64,000 nt of DNA, from NCBI GenBank assembly GCA_963785725.1, contig CAWAWS010000003.1, positions 256,001 through 320,000 on the forward strand, given 5' to 3'. The notes under the pieces are model-generated. The model searched no databases and was not told the origin of the DNA. It saw nothing but the letters and a program-made list of their open reading frames with translations. Shown here one piece after another: positions 56,872-64,000 of the stretch. A program made the translations under genes and the position numbers. This DNA comes from an uncultured delta proteobacterium. GTDB taxonomy: Bacteria > Myxococcota_A > Polyangia > Palsa-1104. Within the stretch, counting starts at the first letter, position 1; each line of letters opens with the position of its first letter.

Positions 56872-58044
56872 ATGGCAATGAGAAGCTCGTTATGCGCGCT
56901 GACGCTGTTGTCGGCCTGCTCGTTGGCGCAATCGACGACGGCGCCGGCGCAAACGGCGAAGCCGACGGCCGCGGCCACCGCGCCGGTCGCGAGCGACCCG
57001 ACGGCCGCGACCGTGGCCGCCGCCGATGCATTTCTGGCCACGCTCGATGACGCCGGACGCGCCAAGGCGAGCCTCCCGTTCGCCAGCACGCAGAAGGCGA
57101 CCTGGTCGAATTTCCCGGTGGGAATGGTGCAGCGCAACGGCGTGCGCTGGGGCGACTTGAATGCGCGGCAACGCGAGTCGGCCACGCGCTTATTGGCGAC
57201 CGCGCTGAGTAAACCGGGCCTCGATAAGGTGCACGCCATCATGCAAGGCGACGAGCTCCTCAAAGTCGCGGAGCGTGAGCATCCGAGCGGCCCGCCGCTG
57301 GGCCGACCGGACGGACCGCCCAATGGCGCGCGAAATGGGCCGGCGCACGGCGCGCGACCGCCGGGACAGGGTCCGCCGCCGGGATTCACCGGGCCCCACT
57401 TCGGTCGCGACGAGTATTATCTGGCACTCTTCGGCGCGCCTTCGTCGACGAGCCCGTGGATGATTCAATTCGGTGGGCATCACTTGGCGATCAATCTGAC
57501 GATCGTTGGCCGGCACAGCGTCATGACGCCGAGCTTACCGGCCGCGCAGCCGGCGACTTACCAGCTCGACGATCGAACGATACGGCCGCTCGGTCGCGAG
57601 AATGACGAAGCCTTCGCGCTCATCAATGCGCTCGATAAGGAGCAACAAAAGAAGGCGATATTGAATTATCAAGTGAGCGATTTGGTGCTCGGGCCCGGTG
57701 AAGATGGCAAGACGATTCAGCCCGAAGGCATCAAAGCGGCCGAGCTGAATCGGACGCAACAGCGCCTGCTGCTCGAGTTGGCGCACGAATGGGTCGGCAT
57801 CATCAATGACGAAGCGGCGGCGGCGCGAATGGCCGATATCGAATCCCATTTGGCCGACACTTGGTTCGCCTGGAGCGGACCGACCACGAACGGCAGCAGC
57901 GCCTATTTCCGCATTCAAGGGCCGACGTTATTGATCGAATATTCGCCGCAGCGAATGCGCGGTGACAATGGCCTCGACGTCGATCATATCCACACGATCT
58001 ATCGCGATCCGACGAACGATTACGGCGCGCGGCTGGTCCAGTGA
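56872..58044 (+). CDS. DUF3500 domain protein
   Basis: WSNFP, WMIQFGGHHLAIN, TWFAWSG, YFRIQGPTLLIEY, HIHTIYRDPTNDYG. Confidence 0.9.
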   Translation: MAMRSSLCALTLLSACSLAQSTTAPAQTAKPTAAATAPVASDPTAATVAAADAFLATLDDAGRAKASLPFASTQKATWSNFPVGMVQRNGVRWGDLNARQRESATRLLATALSKPGLDKVHAIMQGDELLKVAEREHPSGPPLGRPDGPPNGARNGPAHGARPPGQGPPPGFTGPHFGRDEYYLALFGAPSSTSPWMIQFGGHHLAINLTIVGRHSVMTPSLPAAQPATYQLDDRTIRPLGRENDEAFALINALDKEQQKKAILNYQVSDLVLGPGEDGKTIQPEGIKAAELNRTQQRLLLELAHEWVGIINDEAAAARMADIESHLADTWFAWSGPTTNGSSAYFRIQGPTLLIEYSPQRMRGDNGLDVDHIHTIYRDPTNDYGARLVQ

Positions 58045-58631
58045 AGCTGGCGGCCTTGGCGTTCGTGGCCGGTGCGTTCGTCTGTCCGGCGACGGCGACG
58101 GCGCACGTGCTCGACCAATATCTGCAAGTGGCGCAATTAACGCTCGCGCCCGACGGCGTCGGCGTCGAGCTGCGCCTGATTCCCGGCGTGCAAGTCGCCG
58201 ATCGCGTCTTCGCCGCCATCGACAGCAATCGCGACGGGCGGATCGCGCCCGCCGAAGCGGAGGCGTATGCGCGAGCGGTCATGCTCGCGCTGACGCTCGC
58301 GATCGATGGCCGGCGGGTGCCGTTGACGCTCGTCGGCGCGCAGTTTCCGTCGCGCTCGGAGATGCAGGACGGCGTCGGCGTCATTCGCCTGCAGCTGACC
58401 GCGCAGGCGTCGTTCATGACGGAGGGCCGGCATCGCGTCGATATGCGTAATGATTATTGGCCCGAAATCGGCGTTTATCTCGTCAACGTGCTCGTGCCCA
58501 AGAGCGCGACCATGACCGTCGCACGACAAGCGCGCGACCGCTTGCAACACGAATTGCAGCTCGACGTCGAGATCGCGCGAGCGAAGCGCGGCCTATTGAC
58601 GCGGCTACGCGACGTATTCAGTCGGATTTAG
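58041..58631 (+). CDS. Secreted protein with EF-hand-like loop (HupE/UreJ- or HoxN-associated N-domain-like)
   Basis: ATA-HVLDQYLQ mature N-terminus; IDSNRDGRIAPAE; GTGA overlap with the DUF3500 gene. Confidence 0.7.
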   Translation: MKLAALAFVAGAFVCPATATAHVLDQYLQVAQLTLAPDGVGVELRLIPGVQVADRVFAAIDSNRDGRIAPAEAEAYARAVMLALTLAIDGRRVPLTLVGAQFPSRSEMQDGVGVIRLQLTAQASFMTEGRHRVDMRNDYWPEIGVYLVNVLVPKSATMTVARQARDRLQHELQLDVEIARAKRGLLTRLRDVFSRI

Positions 58632-58654
58632 CCCGCCAATCCTAAGTGTGATGA

Positions 58655-59551
58655 TTAGGAAGCCTGCGCCTCGGCGGCGTGGCGGAAGATCTTGTAGTGC
58701 AGTCGCAGCACCGGCATTCCCAAGAAACGCACCGCATGGTCGCAGCGCAAGACGCCGCGCTCGTCGACATAAACGTGGAAATGCTCTTTGAGCGAACGGA
58801 TATGCCACACGCAGACGCGATCGCGGGCCCGCGCTTGCACGCGATAAAAGCCGACGTCGCCGAAGCGCGTGCCCGACGAATCGAGGATCAACGAGCCATC
58901 GGCGCGCAGCTCGGGGCGCAACAGCACGGTCGCGTTGCCGCGCGGCATCGGGAACACGACCTTGACGCACGGTCCGGGCGCGTTCGGCGCGCGCTCGGTC
59001 ATGTAAAAGCCGGTATAGAGCACGCGCTGCTGCTGCGCCATCGTGCGAAACCAGCCGGTGTAACGCACGCTGCCGTCGGGTCGGCGCAGCGAAATGATCT
59101 CGCTGACCATGCCGTGCGCGGTCTCGAGCGGCGACAGCGGGAAATTCAGCTGATCGACCTGGCGACTGATCGTCTTGACGAGCAGCTGCAGCGCCACACT
59201 CGACGGGAAGTAGGTCTCGCTCCACACGTCCATCGCGAACCGCGCCGTGTGCTCGTAGAAGTCGCGCACGAGCGGATGCAGCCGTGTCGGATCGAAGCCG
59301 TCGCCGGCCAGCGCCGTGAAGTCGGGCACGAGGCCGCTCGTGCGCGCGTCGCGCTCGACGGTGAGCCCTTCGGCGGCGGCGACGTCGCGATAGGGCGCGT
59401 CGCCGATGACGTCGCCGCCCATTGGACCGACGAGCCAGGCGAGGTCGGCGCGGCGATGCGTGCGACCGAAGAGCCAGATGAGCGCGTAGATGAATTGGGC
59501 GCCGATCTTTCCGACGATCGACGCCAACCAGCCGACGCGCTGCCGCTCCAT
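58655..59551 (-). CDS. Conserved hypothetical protein (YndJ-like soluble domain)
   Basis: LHPLVRDFYEHT, QLNFP, VVFPMPRGNAT, FGDVGFY, LRLHYKI. Confidence 0.7.
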   Translation of the reverse strand: MERQRVGWLASIVGKIGAQFIYALIWLFGRTHRRADLAWLVGPMGGDVIGDAPYRDVAAAEGLTVERDARTSGLVPDFTALAGDGFDPTRLHPLVRDFYEHTARFAMDVWSETYFPSSVALQLLVKTISRQVDQLNFPLSPLETAHGMVSEIISLRRPDGSVRYTGWFRTMAQQQRVLYTGFYMTERAPNAPGPCVKVVFPMPRGNATVLLRPELRADGSLILDSSGTRFGDVGFYRVQARARDRVCVWHIRSLKEHFHVYVDERGVLRCDHAVRFLGMPVLRLHYKIFRHAAEAQAS

Positions 59552-59615
59552 CGCCTGCAACGTAACACGCCGGCGCGGTAACGGCCGGCGACTGCGCGCA
59601 CGATCGCGCGCGACG

Positions 59616-61721
59616 TCAGCCGCCGCGCGGCATGCGTACGCAAAACGTCGTGCCCTCCGGCGTCGAGTCGACCGAGATCGTGCCGCCGTGTCCGCGCACG
59701 ATTTGGTCGACGATGTACAAGCCGAGCCCGAGCCCGCGCGACTGCGCCGCCCCGCCGCTGCCCTGCCGAAACGGCTCGAACAGCGTCGGCACCAGCTCGC
59801 GCGGAATCATCGGCCCGCGATTGCTGACGCGCAACACGACGTGATCGTCGCCGACGTCGAGCGCCACGCGCACCGGCGCCGCGCGGTCACCGTGCGCGAT
59901 GGCGTTGGCCACCAAATTCGACACCACTTGCGCCATGCGGCCGGCGTCCCAATGGCCGGCCGCGCACAGCGGCGCCGCGAGCTCGATGACGCAACCGTGG
60001 TGCGCGGCGCGCAAGTCCGCCACCGCCGCCGCCGCAATCTCGCCCAAGTCGCACGGCGCCGGCGTCACCGGCAGCCCGCCCGTTTTGAAGCGGCTCTGCG
60101 CGAAATCGATGAGCGTGCGAATCAGCTCCGTCATTCGCCGCGCCGCCTCCTGGATGTGCTCGACCTGTCCACGCGCCGCGCCCGACAGCGCCGAATCGAG
60201 CAGCATGAGGCCCGTCAAACCGGTCACCGCGCTGAGCGGGTTGCGCAGGTCGTGCCCCAAGATGCCGAGCATTTGGTCGCGGAAGCCGAGCGCGCGCGCC
60301 AACTCCTCCTGCACGCGCTTGGTATCGCTGATGTCGGTGGCGGCGCCGATAGCACCGATGATGTCGCCGCGGTCGTCGCGCAGCGGCTCGATCGACGCCA
60401 AGAGGCAGCGCGTCTCGCCGTCTTTGCGCACGCCGACCTCGCTCGTGACGCCGCGGCCGCTGTCGATCGCCTGCCGCAAGATCGTCGCCAGCGCCGTCGA
60501 CTCTTCGGTGACTTCGTCGATCGTGTGGCCGAGGTCCGGCGTCGGACCGAACGCGATCGGCACCTGCAGCCAACGAAAACGCAGCTCGCGATCGACCTCG
60601 AAGAGCGACACCTGCGAATGCGCCAACGCCACGCGAAAGCGCTCCTCACTCTCGCGCAGCTGCTGGTGCAGGCGCGCATTCTCCAGCGTCTGCGCGGCGC
60701 GGCCGGCGATGGCCTCGGCGATGGCGCGATCGTCGGGACCATATTGCCACGGCGATTCGCCGCTCCACACGAACGTCGCCACCGCGGCCAGCTCGCCGTT
60801 CAAGCGCAGCGGCAACAGCAGACACGATCGCGCCGAGAGCCGCGCCAAGAGCGCCGCCAGCGCCGGATGGTCGCGTAGATCGGCCGCGTTCACCGCGGGC
60901 ACGATGCAGGTGCCGTCGGCGACCAGCCGGCGCAACGACGCCGCCAGCGCCGGCGACTGCGGCGCGCGCAGGAGCTCGTCGGCCAGCGCCGCGTCGGCCG
61001 CATCGCGATGGGCGACGCGCACGCGACCGAGCTGCCCGTCGCCGCCGGCGACCGCGTCGATGAGGCACCAATCGCCGAGCTCGGGAACGGCCATGTGCGC
61101 CAGCGCCGCGTAGACGCCTTCGTGATCGATGGCGTCGGCCAGCCCGGTCAGCTTCGACAGGAGGCGCAGGCGGCTCTCGGCCAATTTACGCTCGTGGACG
61201 TCGCGGCTGGAGACCGCCACCGACTCGATGGCGCCGGCGGCATCGGGCACCGGGCTCATCAGCGTCTCGCGCCAGCGCCAGCTGTCGGGCGTCGGCATCA
61301 GCACCTCGTTCCGCAGCGTCTCACCGGCCGCGACGCGGGCGAAGTTGGCGCGATTGTCGCGCAAGACGTGCGCCGGCAGCTTCAGCTCCGCGATCGTCAG
61401 GCCGAACATCTCTCCCGGCGGTCGATTGGCCAGCTCGCCGAACGACTGCATCACCGCCCGATTGCCGAAGACCAGCTGCGTCGTGTCGAGCGCATAGAGC
61501 GCCACGCGATCGGGCAGCGCGTCGAGCAGCGCCTGTAGCATGCGGTTGCGCTCGCGCAGCGCCACGACCTCCGGCGTCGCCGCGCCCGCGCCCGCCGCCA
61601 CGCCGGCGACGAGCCGATCGACCGCCGCCGCCAAGCGCCGCGCGCCGTCGTCGCCGGCGACGGCGGCGAGCTCGCTCACGAAGCGGCGCTTTGCGTCTTC
61701 GACTGCGGAATCCACGGCCAT
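59616..61721 (-). CDS. Cytoplasmic PAS/GAF sensor histidine kinase
   Basis: PAS, VPELGDWC GAF, LENARL; GHDLRNPL, NLVANA, GLGLGLYIV, HGGTI. Confidence 0.93.
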   Translation of the reverse strand: MAVDSAVEDAKRRFVSELAAVAGDDGARRLAAAVDRLVAGVAAGAGAATPEVVALRERNRMLQALLDALPDRVALYALDTTQLVFGNRAVMQSFGELANRPPGEMFGLTIAELKLPAHVLRDNRANFARVAAGETLRNEVLMPTPDSWRWRETLMSPVPDAAGAIESVAVSSRDVHERKLAESRLRLLSKLTGLADAIDHEGVYAALAHMAVPELGDWCLIDAVAGGDGQLGRVRVAHRDAADAALADELLRAPQSPALAASLRRLVADGTCIVPAVNAADLRDHPALAALLARLSARSCLLLPLRLNGELAAVATFVWSGESPWQYGPDDRAIAEAIAGRAAQTLENARLHQQLRESEERFRVALAHSQVSLFEVDRELRFRWLQVPIAFGPTPDLGHTIDEVTEESTALATILRQAIDSGRGVTSEVGVRKDGETRCLLASIEPLRDDRGDIIGAIGAATDISDTKRVQEELARALGFRDQMLGILGHDLRNPLSAVTGLTGLMLLDSALSGAARGQVEHIQEAARRMTELIRTLIDFAQSRFKTGGLPVTPAPCDLGEIAAAAVADLRAAHHGCVIELAAPLCAAGHWDAGRMAQVVSNLVANAIAHGDRAAPVRVALDVGDDHVVLRVSNRGPMIPRELVPTLFEPFRQGSGGAAQSRGLGLGLYIVDQIVRGHGGTISVDSTPEGTTFCVRMPRGG

Positions 61722-61823
61722 TGGGCACCTCGTCCGACTCGACACGACACCTGACGGCCGGTCGCACGAAGGATACAACAGCCCGTCCACGCAGCCCATT
61801 CGACGCGCACCACAGGCCGCGGC

Positions 61824-62432
61824 TCAGCGCGCCTTTTTCAGCTCGACGTCGAGCTCGATCGTGACCTCGTCGCCGAGCACGACGCCGCCGGTTTCCAGCG
61901 GCTTGTTCCAGGTGAGCCCGAAGTCCTTCCGATTGATCTTCGCCTGCGCCGTCGCGCCGCGGCGAATGGTGCCGAACGGATCTTTGACCTCGCCCGTAAA
62001 GTCCGCGATCGTGAGCACGACCGGCTTCGTGACGTTCTTGATCGTCAGATTCCCGGTGACGCTCCAGCCATCGCCGCCGCGACGCTCGATCTTGGTCGAA
62101 TCGAACGCGATCGTCGGGAAATGCGCGACGTCGAAGAACAGCGGCGACTTCAGATCGGCGTCGCGCTTGTCATTCTGAGTCGCGATCGAAGCCGCGTCGA
62201 TCTCGAGGTGAACCTTCGATTTCGTGAGGTCGGCGTCGTCGAGCGCCACCGTGCCGGCATATTTGGCGAAGGAGCCGCGCACCGTCGAAATCATCATGTG
62301 GCGCACGGCGAACCCGACGCGGCTGTGGCCGGCGTCGATGTCCCAGTTGCCGGCCGCCGCCGGCGCCGCCGCGCCCAGCAACGACGCGCCTGCGACCGCG
62401 AAAACCAACATTGAACGCAGCGAACGATTCAT
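61824..62432 (-). CDS. yceI: YceI-family periplasmic lipid/isoprenoid-binding protein
   Basis: WDIDAGHSRVGFAVRHMMISTVRGSF, RDADLKS..FFDVAHFPTI, INRKDFGLTWN; AAGGAG RBS. Confidence 0.95.
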   Translation of the reverse strand: MNRSLRSMLVFAVAGASLLGAAAPAAAGNWDIDAGHSRVGFAVRHMMISTVRGSFAKYAGTVALDDADLTKSKVHLEIDAASIATQNDKRDADLKSPLFFDVAHFPTIAFDSTKIERRGGDGWSVTGNLTIKNVTKPVVLTIADFTGEVKDPFGTIRRGATAQAKINRKDFGLTWNKPLETGGVVLGDEVTIELDVELKKAR

Positions 62433-62488
62433 GGCAGTAGCTCCTTCGAGAGGTCGACCGTTGGATGCGGAGGACGCCGTTGTCTCCG

Positions 62489-62532
62489 TATGTTGATATC
62501 AACATATTTATATCAACATGTTTATTTGTCAA
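62489..62532 (-). promoter_or_regulatory. sigma70-type promoter with overlapping palindromic operator(s)
   Basis: Minus-strand TTGACA at 62527-62532; perfect 18-bp palindrome TATGTTGATATCAACATA at 62489-62506 plus an imperfect adjacent copy. Confidence 0.8.
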
Positions 62533-62644
62533 GCCGTGTGACTCACTTTGTCCGCCGCTCCGTCGCTGACGACCGCGAACGCGACGCGAGATGATCCACA
62601 TCACGCGCAATCTGCCGCTGACGATGTACGCTCCAGTGCAGCCC

Positions 62645-62992
62645 ATGGACGAGCTCCTCGGATGGCTGCCGGTCTTCGTCTTTGCCCAGGTCATCGAGGT
62701 GCCGGTCTACGTCGTGCCGCTGCGCCGCGTGGGCTGGCGCGGCGGCCGGCTCGTCCTCGCGGCGTTCGGCGCCACGGCGCTCACGCACCCGTTTGTGTGG
62801 TTCGTCTTTCCGCGACTGTTGCCGCGATCGTTGTGGCTGATGGCGTTCGTCTCGGAGTCGTTTGCCGTCGTGATTGAGGCCGCCTATTTGCGGCTGCTCG
62901 GCGTACGCCGGCCGCTCGGCTGGTCAGTTCTGTCCAACCTGCTCAGCTTCGTGCTGGGCGCCATCGGCCACTTCACGATTGGGTGGCCTTAG
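62645..62992 (+). CDS. Hypothetical membrane protein
   Basis: QVIEVPVY, ATALTHPFVWF, SESFAVVIEA, SNLLSF; start uncertain (62591-62645). Confidence 0.75.
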   Translation: MDELLGWLPVFVFAQVIEVPVYVVPLRRVGWRGGRLVLAAFGATALTHPFVWFVFPRLLPRSLWLMAFVSESFAVVIEAAYLRLLGVRRPLGWSVLSNLLSFVLGAIGHFTIGWP

Positions 62993-63001
62993 GAGCGCGT
63001 C

Positions 63002-63277
63002 ATGCGACTGGCCTCGATAGCATTGCTGGCACTGACGGCGACGGCCGCCGCGGACCCGATCCCCTTCGAGGAACAGAAGCCGCACGCGCCGAAGTGCGAG
63101 GCGGCCAACGTCCGGCGCGAGGGCGAGCGCTGCGTCGTCTGCAAGCACAAGCCCCGCGACGAGAAGCAATGCGACGCCCAGTTCCAAAACACCGCGTATC
63201 ACTATCGCTGCGATACGAAGGACCAAACCGGCGACGTCACCGAGCTGTGGTGCGGTAAACCCCCGCAGGAAAAGTAG
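63002..63277 (+). CDS. Small secreted six-Cys protein
   Basis: AGGAG RBS; signal peptide ending AAA-D; C...CVVC...C...YRC...ELWC. Confidence 0.75.
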   Translation: MRLASIALLALTATAAADPIPFEEQKPHAPKCEAANVRREGERCVVCKHKPRDEKQCDAQFQNTAYHYRCDTKDQTGDVTELWCGKPPQEK

Positions 63278-63365
63278 CCGGACGCCGCCTCGTTGGCGCG
63301 CCTTCACCGTCGACGCGCCGCCCGCCGCCGGCCGAAGCGCGCGCGACGCCGCGAGTCGCCTGCGT

Positions 63366-63836
63366 TCAGCAGCCCGAGCTGCCGGTCGCCTTCGTCCGCT
63401 GAGTGCGCTTGCCGTCGCTGGCTTTGACGGTCGCGGCCACGTCGATGTTTTCGCAGTCGCCCTCGCCGCCCTCGTGCGCGGGCGGGCAAACGCGCGTCAC
63501 GACGTAGTCGATGTCGATGGTGACGCGATCCGCCGTCCAGCGCTCGGCATAGCGCTGGCCGACGCGATCGGCGCGCGTGACCGCGACGCCTCGGCGCGTC
63601 GCCAGCACATCGTGACCGTTGACGTGAACGAGCGCGCGGTCGGGAGCTGCCGCATTAACGGCCAGAATCTTGACCGCGTGACCCGCTGCCGACGCGGGCC
63701 AATGCAGCTCGGCGCCGCATTCGCCGTCGCCCCACGCTTGATCTTGCAGCGCGCCGAGAAGCGGCGGCGCCGCGACCGCGTCGGCCGGGATGAGCAAGAG
63801 AGCGAGCAGCAACACCACTGACGCGCGGGCGAGCAT
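63366..63836 (-). CDS. Secreted hypothetical protein
   Basis: Signal peptide; ECGAEL, RVCPP...GDCE, C-terminal SSGC. Confidence 0.65.
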   Translation of the reverse strand: MLARASVVLLLALLLIPADAVAAPPLLGALQDQAWGDGECGAELHWPASAAGHAVKILAVNAAAPDRALVHVNGHDVLATRRGVAVTRADRVGQRYAERWTADRVTIDIDYVVTRVCPPAHEGGEGDCENIDVAATVKASDGKRTQRTKATGSSGC

Positions 63837-64000
63837 GTTCCTGATACGCGTTTCGAGGGCGAATAGTTCCGACGGCGAAACCGAGGGATCGGCTGCTGCG
63901 CTGCCCGTTGCTTCGCGGGCACCGAATCGGCACTCGACTTCGTTCTTACGCCAAACAAAGCCCTAGAAGTGACGAATGCACTGATCTGTCACTTTCGCGG

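Noticed and set aside
1..64000. tRNA, rRNA or riboswitch
   Set aside because: None recognised by eye; an Infernal/tRNAscan run on 32080-32620 and 35220-35900 would be needed to exclude them.

Overview
High-GC bacterial DNA (roughly 68-70% by eye) that looks like an accessory region of a Myxococcota (Polyangia-like) genome. That call is an inference from two MYXO-CTERM-type C-terminal anchors, Hanks kinases, many lipoproteins with acidic linkers and several sigma54 promoters. There are about 55 genes, mostly secreted hydrolases and lipoproteins, regulators and two-component systems. No rRNA, tRNA or CRISPR array was seen. Mobile DNA: an intact ISAzo13-family IS (13374-14706, TTA duplication) that splits a double-esterase gene, and a 163-bp MITE (29631-29793). 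Several genes between 41.8 and 52.3 kb are frameshifted, probably by assembly indels. Best candidate for an undescribed system: a translationally coupled two-gene minus-strand unit (23074-24872) in which a Cys-rich lipoprotein-like peptide precedes a fusion of an RRE/PqqD-like domain, a LanD-like flavin-dependent Cys decarboxylase and a thiol-methyltransferase-like domain. Also notable: a thaumatin protein with four 8-Cys repeats, a recurring D-[ML]-[AST] linker motif in unrelated exported proteins, phased intergenic repeats, a 28-bp AT-rich perfect palindrome, and a sigma54 two-component locus with visible enhancer-like sites. All family calls come from motif recognition by eye; no searches were run.
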